The notes beneath the pieces were generated by a model, which saw only the letters and a program-made list of their open reading frames with translations, searched no databases and had not been told where the DNA came from. This document shows positions 51,326 through 62,381 of a stretch of 64,000 bases of DNA, piece after piece (position 1 is the first letter of the stretch; every line of letters starts with the position of its first letter). Origin of the DNA: an uncultured Bacilli bacterium (GTDB taxonomy: Bacteria > Bacillota_I > Bacilli_A > RF39 > UBA660); assembly GCA_949065595.1 (NCBI GenBank), contig CARSXK010000003.1:714-64713 (forward strand), written 5' to 3'. The translations under genes were made by a program, and so were the position numbers.

Positions 51326-52269
51326 TTCTCTTTTTTGATTGCGGCAATACCTTGGTAAGTATTTCGTCTTTCAAGTTCTTTATCTATTTCATTTAGAACA
51401 CAAAACTTTTTACACAACCAAGTCGGTTCAATAAGACTTTGAGCATCTGGATCACCAGTAATGCGATGAATGACAATCTCTGGTCGCAATTGTTCTAGTT
51501 GATTGCAAACAATTTTTACATATTCATCTCTGGTTAAAATGGGAAAAGGATTTTGTTCATATAAGTATCCCAATTTGGTATGTTTCAAAATATGTAACAT
51601 GTGAATTTTGATTCCCTGAATATCGAGTTGATTTAAATAACGAATGGTATCTAGCATCATTTCTTGAGTTTCATTTGGCAGACCGTTAATGATATGTACT
51701 ACTACATTGATATTGCGTTTTCGTAAATCGTTTACACAGGCTTCAAAGCATTCTAATGTATGACAACGGTTGATGAATTTTGAGGTTTGTTCATGAATGG
51801 TTTGCAACCCAAGTTCGATTGTCAAATAAGTTTTTTTGGATAATTCTTCTAAATAGTCCATACAATCTTCTTCAATGGCATCTGGTCTGGTTGCGATCGA
51901 AAGTCCAATTACGTTATCCAATGATAAGATGGTTTCGTATTTTTGTTTTAAAATAGGAAGGGGAGCATAGGTATTGGTATGGGCTTGAAAATATCCAATA
52001 TATTTTCCATTTGGCCATTTTTGTTCCATTTTCTTTTTGACTTCTTCAAATTGGGATATCAAGCTTAAATTTTGATTTCCTGCAAATTCTCCACTGCCTA
52101 AATTGGAACAATAGATGCAGCCGCCAGTTCCTACTTTTCCATCTATATTGGGGCAAGAAAAACCCGCATTTAAACTTATTTTAAATACTTTAGAATGGAA
52201 TTTTTGTTTATAAAAATAATCCAAAGTATGGTATCTTTTATTTGAATTTGTGTATTGGAATTTATTCAT
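51322..52269 (-). CDS. TIGR01212-family radical SAM protein
   Basis: CPNIDGKVGTGGCIYC cysteine motif characteristic of TIGR01212. Start moved to the internal ATG (MNKFQYT) after a GGAAGTGA RBS. Confidence 0.8.
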   Translation of the reverse strand: MNKFQYTNSNKRYHTLDYFYKQKFHSKVFKISLNAGFSCPNIDGKVGTGGCIYCSNLGSGEFAGNQNLSLISQFEEVKKKMEQKWPNGKYIGYFQAHTNTYAPLPILKQKYETILSLDNVIGLSIATRPDAIEEDCMDYLEELSKKTYLTIELGLQTIHEQTSKFINRCHTLECFEACVNDLRKRNINVVVHIINGLPNETQEMMLDTIRYLNQLDIQGIKIHMLHILKHTKLGYLYEQNPFPILTRDEYVKIVCNQLEQLRPEIVIHRITGDPDAQSLIEPTWLCKKFCVLNEIDKELERRNTYQGIAAIKKEN

Positions 52270-52402
52270 AGTATCACTTCCATCTTTTATTATAATAGAA
52301 ATTGATTTTCTTTTGTAAAAAAAATGAACAATTTTAACAAAAAATGTCAAAAAACTTTTTATTTTTATTTTGATTTGTTATAATTATCATGGAGGTAATA
52401 AG

Positions 52403-53833
52403 ATGAAAAAAAATAATTTGTGGAAGGCAATTATAATTTGTTTTCTTGCATTTGTCGTTTTGAGTTGGGTTTTGCCAACAGGAACATATTCCAGTGGAAC
52501 TTTTGTAAAAGGGGAAGTGACCCCACTTGGATTCTTTGATATTTTCAGATATCCAATTATAACTGCAACGACATCTGTTTTTGGCTTGACAGCAATTGTA
52601 ATTCTTTTAATTGGTGGATTTTACGGTGTATTGATTCAAACAGGTGCTTATGCTAGTATCATCCATGGAATTACTGTTCAGTGGAAAGAAAAGGGGCATA
52701 TCTTTTTAACCATTACCATTTTGGTATTTGCAGTATTATCCTCTTTGACAGGGCTTACATTGCCATTATTTGTGATGGTTCCTTTCTTTGTAGCCATTAT
52801 ATTGAAATTGGGTTATCATAAGATAATTGCATTATTATCTACTGTTGGCGCAATATTAGTAGGAAATATGGGCTCTACATATGGGTTTAATATTAATGGA
52901 TATCTTTCTTTCTTTTTTGAAACAGGTATTCATGATACCATTGCAACACGTATTTTATTCTTCTTGGTAATTACGAGTGTATTGATTGGTTTTGTGTTAT
53001 TATTAAGTGAAAAAACCAAAGTGGTTGTGAAAAAAGACAAAAATCATTCAAAGAAAGAAGAAACAGTATTAGAAATCCCTTTATATGAAAATCAAGTGGA
53101 TAAGAAAAAAAGTGCAGTTCCAATGGTTGTGATAGCAATCGCAATGATGATTATTATCTGCGTTGGAATGTATAATTGGGAAACTGGTTTTCAAATTGAT
53201 GTTTTTAACAATATGTATCAGTCTATTACTACTTTTGAAATTTCAGGATATCCAATTTTCAAAAATGTGATCGGTTCAGTTGATCCAATTGGATATTGGA
53301 CCAATTATGAATTTGCAATTGTGTTATTTTTAGCGACTATGTTAATCGCATGGATTTACAATGTAAAAGGACAAGAAAAATGGCAAGCCTTTTTAAGCGG
53401 TGTGAAACAAATGGTTCCAGTTGCTATATATACTGTTGCAGCAAGTATTTTATTCTTACTTATGAATACTGGTGCTACTTGTTTTGGAACAATTGCTAAT
53501 TTCTTTATTACAATGACCAAAGGATTTAATGTATTTTCATTTAGCGCATTGACAGCGATTGGTGGCATTTTCTTCTATGATTTTCCTTTTTTAGTAAATG
53601 CATTGTATAATCCAATTACTAGTTTATATACAAACTATAATTTTATTGGAATGTTAATGCAGATGGTGCATGGGCTTGTTATGTTAATTGCCCCAACCAG
53701 TGTTATTCTAGTGGCTGGACTTAGATATTTAAACATTTCTTATACAGAATGGTTAAAAAATATATGGAAATATTTATTACTTGCACTAGGTGTAATTGTA
53801 ATTTTTGTTATCCTATTATTGTTACTAGGATAA
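52403..53833 (+). CDS. YfcC/DcuC-family membrane transporter
   Basis: N-terminal KAIIICFLAFVVLSWVLPTGTY pattern. Multi-TM protein of about 480 aa. GGAGG RBS. Confidence 0.65.
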   Translation: MKKNNLWKAIIICFLAFVVLSWVLPTGTYSSGTFVKGEVTPLGFFDIFRYPIITATTSVFGLTAIVILLIGGFYGVLIQTGAYASIIHGITVQWKEKGHIFLTITILVFAVLSSLTGLTLPLFVMVPFFVAIILKLGYHKIIALLSTVGAILVGNMGSTYGFNINGYLSFFFETGIHDTIATRILFFLVITSVLIGFVLLLSEKTKVVVKKDKNHSKKEETVLEIPLYENQVDKKKSAVPMVVIAIAMMIIICVGMYNWETGFQIDVFNNMYQSITTFEISGYPIFKNVIGSVDPIGYWTNYEFAIVLFLATMLIAWIYNVKGQEKWQAFLSGVKQMVPVAIYTVAASILFLLMNTGATCFGTIANFFITMTKGFNVFSFSALTAIGGIFFYDFPFLVNALYNPITSLYTNYNFIGMLMQMVHGLVMLIAPTSVILVAGLRYLNISYTEWLKNIWKYLLLALGVIVIFVILLLLLG

Positions 53834-53843
53834 TTTGATGATT

Positions 53844-53875
53844 AAGGAATCGAACGGATTCCTTTTCTTTTTACC
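53844..53875 (+). terminator. Rho-independent terminator
   Basis: AAGGAATC-GAACG-GATTCCTT followed by TTCTTTTT. Confidence 0.55.
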
Positions 53876-53942
53876 AAATATTATCATGTTGAATTTATGT
53901 ATTTTTATGAATTTATGGTATAATGAATAAGAGGATGTATAT

Positions 53943-54575
53943 ATGAAGTATCAGATAGATGGAATGACATATCCAGTGGTTATTATTCGGAAAAAGAATA
54001 AGCATACCTATATTCGAGTGCGGAATGGTGCATTGGAAATATCCACGCACTATTTTGTAACAAAGAAACAAATTTTAGACATTTTAGGTCAAAATGAGAC
54101 GTCTATTCGTAAAATGATTACCAAATGTCAACAAAAAGAGGAGAAACAGGAAAAATTTCTTTATCTAGGAAATTGTTATGATATAATAATAATGCCTACT
54201 GATATAGTAGAAATGATAGGAAATTCGGTATATACAGCAAGTAAAGAGCAACTACAAAAATGGGCTCAAATGCAGATGAAAGAAATATTTGAAATGTATT
54301 ATCAAATGTGTTATCAAAAAATGAAAGAAAATATTCCATTTTACCGATTGAGAATTCGTAAAATGAAAACTAGATGGGGTGTATGTAACCGAAAGAGTGA
54401 GACGATTACACTCAATTCCGAATTACTCCATTATGAAATCGGTGCGATTGTTTATGTGATAGTTCATGAGTTGTCTCACTTAATTCATTTCAACCATTCG
54501 AAAGAATTTTGGAAAACAGTTGAATTCTATTGTCCGAATTATAAAGAAATGAGAAAAGTGTTAAAAGAGTATTGA
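53943..54575 (+). CDS. YgjP-like metallopeptidase-fold protein (DUF45 / M48-like, HExxH)
   Basis: VIVHELSHLIHFNHSKEFW motif. Confidence 0.75.
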   Translation: MKYQIDGMTYPVVIIRKKNKHTYIRVRNGALEISTHYFVTKKQILDILGQNETSIRKMITKCQQKEEKQEKFLYLGNCYDIIIMPTDIVEMIGNSVYTASKEQLQKWAQMQMKEIFEMYYQMCYQKMKENIPFYRLRIRKMKTRWGVCNRKSETITLNSELLHYEIGAIVYVIVHELSHLIHFNHSKEFWKTVEFYCPNYKEMRKVLKEY

Positions 54576-54581
54576 GGTGTT

Positions 54582-55781
54582 TTGATGAAAAAATTCGTTC
54601 AAGTTATTTGTGTATTCGTTATGTTTGCGACTACTTTTTGTGTTCCAGAATTGGCGAAAGCGAAAACTTTGGGGCAGTGGCGAAAGGAACTAGAATTAAA
54701 GCAAAAAGAGTTAGAGGAAAATAAAATCAAAAAAGCCCAGACAGAGCAAGAAATTGCTCAAACCAAAGCAGAGATTGCGAAAATTGAAAAATTGATTGAT
54801 CAAATTTATGTAGATATGGCAAATTTACAAACTGAAATTGATTTATTAAATGAGGATATTGCGAAAAAAGATCAAGAGATGAAGGATATTATTAATTTTG
54901 TACAAGTATCTAATGGGGAATCAGCATATTTAGAGTATGCCTTCGGAGCAAAAGATTTTACAGATTTTATTTATCGTATGGCAGTTTCAGAACAATTGAC
55001 TTCATATAATGATAAATTAATAGAACAGTATCATCAAATGATACAGGAAAATCAACAGAAACAAAAAGAATTGACACAAAAACAAAGTGAAATGGCAGAG
55101 CAAGGAAAGCAACTTGAGGAAAAAATGAAATTTCTTGACCAAGAAATAGTCAATACCAATGCGGTTGCGGTTGACATTGAGGACTTGATTCAATATCAAA
55201 AAGAAGTAATCGCACTATATGAATCCAAAGGCTGTGAAGATCATGAAGATGTCGAGACGTGTGGTCGTAAAATTATACCAGAAGGTACAGCTTTTTATCG
55301 TCCAACACAAGCAGGGTATATTACCAGTGAGTGGGGACCAAGGGATTTACTTGGTAGAAACTGGCATGAAGGAATTGATATTGGTGTTGGAGTAGGAACC
55401 ACTGTTTATTCGACTGGCAATGGGATTGTCGCGGCAGTAGTACGTTATAAATGTGGTGGAAATATGGTAATTGTTTGGCACAATATTCATGGAAAATACT
55501 ATACATCAGTTTATGCCCATTTATCTTCTGTAAGTGTTCAGGCCAAACAAACGGTAGACCGTAATACCATTATTGGATATTCTGGTGGAACCGCTGGTGG
55601 ATATGACCAATGTACAACAGGACCACATTTACATGTGACAATCGCAACTGGTAGATTTTTAGAGGATTATGATGATTGGACATATGAATTGAACCAAAAA
55701 TATTCTATTAATCCTAGAGATGTGATTAATTTTCCATCCGGTTTATACAATCGTTGGACCGATCGTTTGACCGCTTATTAG
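54582..55781 (+). CDS. M23 family peptidoglycan DD-metalloendopeptidase with an N-terminal coiled-coil
   Basis: HEGIDIGVGVGT (HxxxD) and HLHVTI (HxH) motifs. Signal peptide. Confidence 0.85.
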   Translation: MMKKFVQVICVFVMFATTFCVPELAKAKTLGQWRKELELKQKELEENKIKKAQTEQEIAQTKAEIAKIEKLIDQIYVDMANLQTEIDLLNEDIAKKDQEMKDIINFVQVSNGESAYLEYAFGAKDFTDFIYRMAVSEQLTSYNDKLIEQYHQMIQENQQKQKELTQKQSEMAEQGKQLEEKMKFLDQEIVNTNAVAVDIEDLIQYQKEVIALYESKGCEDHEDVETCGRKIIPEGTAFYRPTQAGYITSEWGPRDLLGRNWHEGIDIGVGVGTTVYSTGNGIVAAVVRYKCGGNMVIVWHNIHGKYYTSVYAHLSSVSVQAKQTVDRNTIIGYSGGTAGGYDQCTTGPHLHVTIATGRFLEDYDDWTYELNQKYSINPRDVINFPSGLYNRWTDRLTAY

Positions 55782-55838
55782 AAATAAAATTAGGTGTTTG
55801 CAGTATGTTTTTCGTTTTATATGAACGGGGGAAGTGTT

Positions 55839-56081
55839 ATGAGAAAAGATATTGTAGATCACTATAGTAATCACATTCTTTTACCAATTGAAACATTTAT
55901 CAAACAGGAAGAAATGCAGTTGAATAAGTTAGGGGATGCAGTCACAAAAGAACAGTTACAAATTTTAGAAAAGGCCAATGATTTGTATTTAGAAAAATTG
56001 AGTACTTTTTGTACCTTGTGTGATGAAACCTATCAATTAGAACAAATCATAACAACGCTTGATATGGAGGAAAGGAACTAA
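55839..56081 (+). CDS. Hypothetical small protein
   Basis: ORF with a GGGGGAAG RBS. Confidence 0.4.
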   Translation: MRKDIVDHYSNHILLPIETFIKQEEMQLNKLGDAVTKEQLQILEKANDLYLEKLSTFCTLCDETYQLEQIITTLDMEERN

Positions 56082-56136
56082 TTTACAATTGTTCTTTTTT
56101 TCTGTATAATGAAACTAGAAAAGGATATGTGATGTT

Positions 56137-57681
56137 ATGAAGGATTCTAGAACCCAAAATTCAGTTCGAAATTCAACAGTATCTATCGTAACACAAGTAT
56201 TAACCGTTGTGATAAATTTCGCTGTGAAAACAGTTTTTATCCATACACTAGGATCTGAGTATTTAGGAGTCAATGGTCTTTTTTCGAATATCATTACTAT
56301 GCTTTCTTTGGCGGATCTAGGAATTGGCGTTGCGATTCCTTATAGTTTATATAAACCCTTGGCTGAAAGAGATGCGAAAAAAATCAATATTCTTATGAAA
56401 TTTTACGCAAAAGTATATCACGTAATTGGTGTTATTGTATTAATCATTGGTTTTTCTTTGATTCCTTTTTTAGGATTTATGATGAAAGATATCCCTGATG
56501 TTCCTCATTTGACATTGATTTATAGTTTGTTTGTCATTCATTCAGCATCCAGTTATTTCTTTGTTTACAAGAGATTTTTAATTGAGTCGGATCAAAAAGG
56601 ATATATTACTTCAAAAATTATTTTTGTTTTTTCAACACTTCTTTCCATAATCCAAATCATATTATTGTTGCTAACTAAAAATTATATATTATTTTTACTT
56701 TCTAGTATTGTCATTGTAATTGTCCAAAATATTTATATTTCTCATAAAGCAATCCAATTGTATCCTTTTTTAAAACAAAAAAAAGTACCCAAAATGGACA
56801 AAGCAGATATTCAAGATATTACTAAAAATGTATCTGCACTTCTTATTTATCGGATTGGAAATGTTGTGACCAGTGGAACCGATAATATTGTGATTTCAAG
56901 ATTTATTGGGCTTGTTATGGTTGGAATATATTCCAATTATCTGTTGATTATCAATTCCCTTAATTTGGTTTTAAATCAACTATTCAATGCGATTACTTCT
57001 AGTATTGGAAATTTAGTGGTAACGACCAGTGGAAAAAGAAGTTCTGTTATATACGATAAACTTAATTTGGTTAATTTCTGGTTGTATGCACTTTGTGGAA
57101 CTTGTTTATTGGTATTATTCAATCCTTTTATTGAGATTTGGATTGGAAAACAATATTTGTTATCTTTTTCTGTTGTTTTTTTACTCTCACTCAATTTTTA
57201 TATTACAGGAATGCAATCAGTAACGACATCTTTCCGAAATGCGTATGGTCTTTTTTGGAAGGCCAAATATAGACCTCTTGTTATGATCGCCATCAATATT
57301 ATCGTATCCATTATACTGGTTCAATTTATGGGGGTTGCAGGAGTTGTTTTAGGGACTATAGTTAGTCGTGTTTTTACGATTACTTGGTTGGATCCTTATA
57401 TTGTATATCGCTATGGTTTTGGGAAAAATCCCAAACGTTATTTTATTAAATATTGTTTGTTTATGATTTTGTTTTTGGGGGTTTCTTTTTTCACCAATTG
57501 GGTGGTTGGATTGATTCCAAGTGGTAATTTATTGTGGTTTTTCTTAAAAGCAACTTGTAGTTTAATCATCGTCAATGGGATTTTCTATTTGTTATTTAAG
57601 GATACGGATGACTTTCAATATTTTTATCAAAAATTAAAGAATATTTTCGTTTCTAAATTGGACAGAATTAGACAGGGTTAG
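56137..57681 (+). CDS. Wzx-like oligosaccharide flippase (Polysacc_synt, MOP superfamily)
   Basis: 14-TM profile and typical N-terminus (NSVRNSTVSIVTQVLTVVINFAVKTVFIHTLG). Confidence 0.75.
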   Translation: MKDSRTQNSVRNSTVSIVTQVLTVVINFAVKTVFIHTLGSEYLGVNGLFSNIITMLSLADLGIGVAIPYSLYKPLAERDAKKINILMKFYAKVYHVIGVIVLIIGFSLIPFLGFMMKDIPDVPHLTLIYSLFVIHSASSYFFVYKRFLIESDQKGYITSKIIFVFSTLLSIIQIILLLLTKNYILFLLSSIVIVIVQNIYISHKAIQLYPFLKQKKVPKMDKADIQDITKNVSALLIYRIGNVVTSGTDNIVISRFIGLVMVGIYSNYLLIINSLNLVLNQLFNAITSSIGNLVVTTSGKRSSVIYDKLNLVNFWLYALCGTCLLVLFNPFIEIWIGKQYLLSFSVVFLLSLNFYITGMQSVTTSFRNAYGLFWKAKYRPLVMIAINIIVSIILVQFMGVAGVVLGTIVSRVFTITWLDPYIVYRYGFGKNPKRYFIKYCLFMILFLGVSFFTNWVVGLIPSGNLLWFFLKATCSLIIVNGIFYLLFKDTDDFQYFYQKLKNIFVSKLDRIRQG

Positions 57682-57706
57682 ATGGTATAATCCAGTGGGT
57701 GATAGG

Positions 57707-57880
57707 ATGAAAGTAAAACTATTTGATGAGAGTCATGAGAAAGATTTAGAAGCAGCCATCAATGCATTTTTAAGTGAAGAAGAAGTAGAAGTAATTGATA
57801 TTAAATATCAAGTTGCAGTAAGTGTTTTTTCAGAGGAACAAGTATTTTGTTTTTCCGCAATGGTTGTATATCAAAAATAG
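57707..57880 (+). CDS. Cse60-like small sporulation protein
   Basis: MKVKLFDESHEKDLE...IDIKYQVAV...FCFSAMVVY matches the conserved Cse60/YteV pattern. Start ambiguous (GTG 57695 or ATG 57707). Confidence 0.5.
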   Translation: MKVKLFDESHEKDLEAAINAFLSEEEVEVIDIKYQVAVSVFSEEQVFCFSAMVVYQK

Positions 57881-57897
57881 TGAGGTTATGGTGTATG

Positions 57898-59520
57898 AAA
57901 AAAAGTAGTTTTTTAAAAGGTGCGATGATATCGACGTTTGGAATTATTGTTTGCAAAATCATAGGACTTCTTTATGTGATTCCCTTTTTTTCTATGATTG
58001 GAAGTCAAGGGGGAGCCCTTTATAGTTACGCCTATTCCATTTATGCGGTGTTCTTAAGCTTATCTACAAGTGGTATACCAATTGCGATATCGAAATTGGT
58101 AAGTGAATACCAAACATTAGAGTATGAGAACAGCAAGGAAAGAGTCTACAAGATTGGACTTTCTCTTATTATGACATTCAGTATTGTTCTTTTTGTTCTA
58201 ATGATGTTAATGGCACCTATGCTTGCTCAATGGATTTTAGGTGATTTGATTGGTGGAAATACGGTAGAAAGTGTAACAATGGTCATTCGTGTGATTTCTA
58301 TGTCGTTATTAATTGTACCTATATTAAGTGTGATGAAAGGTTATTTGCAAGGGCATAAGATGATGGAGGCTCCAAGTAAAGCACAGGTCATTGAACAGTT
58401 TGTTCGGGTTTCAGTCATATTGTTGGGTAGTTTTTTTGCCATTAAGGTGTTTCATACCAGTATCGATACTGCGGTTGGTCTTGCAGTTTTTGGAGCAACA
58501 GCTGGTGCTATTGCGGCTTATTTTTATTTAGCAGTTCAAATACATAAGAATAAGGAACTCCTTCATTCTAATCAGATACGTACAAGGAAAGAAGCGAAAA
58601 TTACCAATTCTATCATTTTGAAAAAAATTGTATTTTACGCACTGCCTTTTTTGGTGATAGATTTGTTAAAATCGGCTTTTTCTTTGGTGGATACGTTTAC
58701 AGTAGTAAAGACGCTTACCCAAATTGGTTATGAAGCAACTGTAACAGAAAGTGTTTTAGGTGTTTTGACTACATGGGGAAGTAAATTGAACATGATTGTG
58801 GTATCAATTTCTCTTGGAATCAGTATTAGTTTGGTTCCCAATATAGCAGCTAGTTATGTAGAAAAAGATATGGCTTCTGTCAATACAAAGGTGAATCAAG
58901 CGATTCAAGTATTGTTACTATTTTCCCTGCCTATGGTATTTGGACTTAGTTTTTTATCTGAACCTATTTGGACTATTTTCTACGGCAAACAAGTGCTTTG
59001 TGCTTCTATTTTCTCTTTGTTTGTTTTTCAAGCGATTTCTTTTTCTTTATTTACTATCTTGTTAAACATTGCACAAACGATTAATGATACCAAGCTTGCA
59101 ATTGGCACTTTATTGTTTAGTTTTATTTTAAAAATAGTACTGAATATTCCTATGATGTATTTTTGTAATTTGTTTGCCATTGGGGCTTATTATGGACCTA
59201 GTGTTGCTACTTTGCTTGCACAAGGTATTGCTATTTTGATTTTGTTATATGTACTTGCTAAAAAACATCATATTACAGTATATCCAAGTCGATTTGTAAT
59301 TGGCAAAATGGTACTTTCGACACTCATTATGTTTATGAGTTTAAAAATTGTAGGATTGTTTCTTCCTGTTGCAGAAGAAAGTCGTTTTTTTGCAATGATA
59401 AAAGTAGTTTTCTATGCTATATTAGGTGCTATTATATACTTTGTAACTGTTAGTCGTAGTGGTGGTTTCAAAAATGTATTTCTCAATTTGAAAAAGAACC
59501 CATTTTCTGTAAGAAGGTAA
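57898..59520 (+). CDS. MOP-superfamily flippase (MurJ/YtgP/SpoVB-like)
   Basis: N-terminus KGAMISTFGIIVCKIIGLLYVIPFFSMIG. 14-TM profile. Confidence 0.75.
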   Translation, partial: KKSSFLKGAMISTFGIIVCKIIGLLYVIPFFSMIGSQGGALYSYAYSIYAVFLSLSTSGIPIAISKLVSEYQTLEYENSKERVYKIGLSLIMTFSIVLFVLMMLMAPMLAQWILGDLIGGNTVESVTMVIRVISMSLLIVPILSVMKGYLQGHKMMEAPSKAQVIEQFVRVSVILLGSFFAIKVFHTSIDTAVGLAVFGATAGAIAAYFYLAVQIHKNKELLHSNQIRTRKEAKITNSIILKKIVFYALPFLVIDLLKSAFSLVDTFTVVKTLTQIGYEATVTESVLGVLTTWGSKLNMIVVSISLGISISLVPNIAASYVEKDMASVNTKVNQAIQVLLLFSLPMVFGLSFLSEPIWTIFYGKQVLCASIFSLFVFQAISFSLFTILLNIAQTINDTKLAIGTLLFSFILKIVLNIPMMYFCNLFAIGAYYGPSVATLLAQGIAILILLYVLAKKHHITVYPSRFVIGKMVLSTLIMFMSLKIVGLFLPVAEESRFFAMIKVVFYAILGAIIYFVTVSRSGGFKNVFLNLKKNPFSVRR

Positions 59521-59986
59521 ACCTATGGAATTTGTTTTTGAGGCAAGTGCAGAACTATTATTGGGATTGGTGAAACTAATTGTTGATAATTTGAAAATGA
59601 TGTAATGGCCAAATATAAGTGAATTTGATAATCCATTAATAGATGAAATAAATGGCTATTTCGATCAGAATTCAAAAAAATATAAGTAAAAATTCCATAT
59701 AATAAAGAAATGATTATCATAAACCAAATGTAATTTCTATTACTAGCAATTGCCTTTATATATCAGAACTTGAGAACCACCTCATTGTAAAACAAATGTA
59801 TTTTACCATTTTCATTAAGAATCTATTTTAAAAAGGAAATAGATTTTTTTATTTCCAAATAAGCGACAGAATCTTCAATTTTCATATGTTATTTTAGTAT
59901 TGTAGAAAAAAAGAAATAAATTGTTGTTTAAAATAGAAGTTATTACAACATTATATACATAGAATAAATAGAGGAGATGGTATCTT

Positions 59987-62305
59987 ATGTATGGAAATTT
60001 TACAGAAGAAGCAAGAAAAGTACTGGTAAATGCGAAAAAAGAAATGTATGAGTTAAAGCATCCTTATGTAGGAAGTGAACATTTGCTTTTGGCGATTTTA
60101 AAAGGGGATAATAGTGTTTCGCAAAAACTAAAGGAATCTGGACTAGATTATGCGAAATTCAAAGAAGAAATTATTGCGATTGTAGGAATGGGAAGTGAAG
60201 CCAATCATTATTTTTTAAGAACACCACTCTTAAAACGTATTTTAGAAAATGCCATTATGGATAGTAAAGAAAATAACAATGGTGAGGTAACAATAGAACA
60301 TTTATTTTCTAGTTTGTTAGAGGAAGGAGAAGGTGTTGCAATCCGTATCATGCTTGGCATGCAACTGGATTTGGACCAATTGTATTCTGATTTTATCTAT
60401 CGTTTTACTAGTCCTAAAAAACATAAGAAAAATAAAAAATTATTGTTAGAAGAATTGGGAATCGATTTGACGCTCAAAGCGCAAAATGGGGAACTAGATC
60501 CAGTCATTGGAAGAGATGATGAACTCAAAAGAGTTTTGGAAGTGTTATCTCGTAGGACCAAAAATAATCCAATCTTGATTGGAGAAGCCGGTGTTGGAAA
60601 AACTGCCATTGTAGAAGAATTGTCGCGTCTTATTGCAGTAGGAGAAGTTCCAATGCAACTTAAAAATAAACGAATTATCAGCTTGGATATGGCAACCGCA
60701 GTTGCAGGGACAAAATATCGTGGAGAATTTGAAGAACGTATGCGTAAAATTTTAAAAGAAATTGAAGATAATGATGATATCATTCTTTTCATTGATGAAA
60801 TTCATACACTAGTAGGTGCTGGAGGAGCAGAAGGTGCAATCGATGCTTCTAATATATTTAAACCTGCACTTGCGCGTAATAAATTAAGATGTATTGGAGC
60901 AACCACAACATCGGAATATAAAAAATACATTGAAAAAGATGGTGCTTTAGAACGTCGTTTTCAAAAAATTATGGTGGATACCCCATCGCGGGAAGTAGTC
61001 AAAGATATTTTAATGAAATTAAAAGGTATTTATGAAAAGTATCATTTTGTTCAAATAGGTGAAGAAATGATTGATCTAATTATCGATTTATCGGGTAAAT
61101 ACATTTATGATCGTAATGAGCCTGACCGTTCTATTGATATTTTAGATGAAGTATGTGCGAAAGTCAGTTTAAAAGAAAATAAAGATATCAAAAAATATAA
61201 TCAGTTAAAAAAGAAAGTGGAAGAATTGATTTTGCAAAAAAACAATGCCGTTATTCATCACGATTTTGAAACTGCTTCCAAACTCAAAGAAACAGAAAAC
61301 CAGTATTTAGATGAAATGAACCATTTAGAGCTAAAATTGTATCAAAAAAACAGAAAACCAGTTACCAAAGAAGACATTGCTGATGTGGTCCATTTGAAAA
61401 CCAAAATTCCTGTATATGAGATATTAGAAGACAATCAAAAAACGATTCAAGCACTAGAACGAGAACTCAAAAATAAGATTGTTGGGCAAGATCATGCTTT
61501 AGAAGAATTACTTGCCATTGCCAAAAAAATCAAGCTTGGTTTTTATGAACATCAATGTTATTCTATGATGTTTATGGGGCCAAGTGGTGTTGGAAAAACA
61601 CAACTTGCAACCTTATTTGGCGATTGTATGGTAGGACATCAAAATGTCATTCGTTTGGATATGAGTGAATATACAGAAGCCCACTCTGTTAGTAAAATCA
61701 TTGGGGCGCCCCCTGGATATGTTGGCTATGATGATAATCGCAATGTATTAGAAGAAATTCGTAACAAACCGTATTCTGTTTTGATTTTAGATGAAATCGA
61801 AAAAGCCCACCCCAATATTATCCATTTGTTTTTTCAAATTTTAGAAGAAGGAAAAATCAAGGATGCTAGTGGAAAAATGGTTCGATTTGATCATGTCATT
61901 ATTTTAATGACTTCCAATATTGGGTTTACGGATATCCATGTTGGGTTCCATGAAGCTACCAATGATACAGTACTTAGTAAATTAAAGGAAAACTTTAGTG
62001 TTGCTTTTGTCAACCGTATGGATAATGTGATTGTTTTCCATACTCTTACCAAAGACAATATTATGGAAGTCATTCATACCAAAATAAAAAATTTAAAGGA
62101 AAAATATCACAAACGCAAGATTTCTGTTCAAATTAAGCCTTCTGTATTAGAAGAAATTTGTACTCTTTCTAATTATTCAGAATATGGAGCGCGTAAGATT
62201 GATAAAATTATCAAAGATAAGATTGAAAATCAGATCATAGATGCTGTAATTATGGGAAATCAAACTGTTGAAGTAAGAGCCATTGCAAAAGAGAAAGTGA
62301 GATAA
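59987..62305 (+). CDS. clpC: ATP-dependent Clp protease ATP-binding subunit (ClpC-like AAA+ unfoldase)
   Basis: Clp_N repeats at the N-terminus. Two AAA modules: Walker A GEAGVGKT and GPSGVGKT, Walker B ILFIDEIH and [11 protein letters not shown]. Confidence 0.8.
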   Translation: MYGNFTEEARKVLVNAKKEMYELKHPYVGSEHLLLAILKGDNSVSQKLKESGLDYAKFKEEIIAIVGMGSEANHYFLRTPLLKRILENAIMDSKENNNGEVTIEHLFSSLLEEGEGVAIRIMLGMQLDLDQLYSDFIYRFTSPKKHKKNKKLLLEELGIDLTLKAQNGELDPVIGRDDELKRVLEVLSRRTKNNPILIGEAGVGKTAIVEELSRLIAVGEVPMQLKNKRIISLDMATAVAGTKYRGEFEERMRKILKEIEDNDDIILFIDEIHTLVGAGGAEGAIDASNIFKPALARNKLRCIGATTTSEYKKYIEKDGALERRFQKIMVDTPSREVVKDILMKLKGIYEKYHFVQIGEEMIDLIIDLSGKYIYDRNEPDRSIDILDEVCAKVSLKENKDIKKYNQLKKKVEELILQKNNAVIHHDFETASKLKETENQYLDEMNHLELKLYQKNRKPVTKEDIADVVHLKTKIPVYEILEDNQKTIQALERELKNKIVGQDHALEELLAIAKKIKLGFYEHQCYSMMFMGPSGVGKTQLATLFGDCMVGHQNVIRLDMSEYTEAHSVSKIIGAPPGYVGYDDNRNVLEEIRNKPYSVLILDEIEKAHPNIIHLFFQILEEGKIKDASGKMVRFDHVIILMTSNIGFTDIHVGFHEATNDTVLSKLKENFSVAFVNRMDNVIVFHTLTKDNIMEVIHTKIKNLKEKYHKRKISVQIKPSVLEEICTLSNYSEYGARKIDKIIKDKIENQIIDAVIMGNQTVEVRAIAKEKVR

Positions 62306-62381
62306 ACTTTCTTTTTAAAAGAAGAATGGTTAGAATGCTCATAAATATGTAAAAAAATTCCATATTAATATTGGTGATACT

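Noticed and set aside
45890-56140. Recurrent GGATGTGATGTTATG or AGGTGATGTTATG 13-15-mer at several gene starts (45901, 46841, 47981, 51011, 56121; variants at 21751 and 43461).
   Set aside because: Best explained as an extended Shine-Dalgarno (GGAGGTGAT-like, complementary to the 16S 3' tail) with a preferred 4-5-nt spacer, not a mobile repeat. It was used only to refine start codons, e.g. the dacB-like GTG at 43480.
59760-59986. Looked for a CtsR operator (GGTCAAA heptad repeats) upstream of the clpC-like gene, and noted a hairpin GGAAATA..TATTTCC at 59829-59861.
   Set aside because: No GGTCAAA direct repeat is present. The hairpin has its T-run only in the loop (plus strand) and lacks an associated minus-strand gene, so it was not called.
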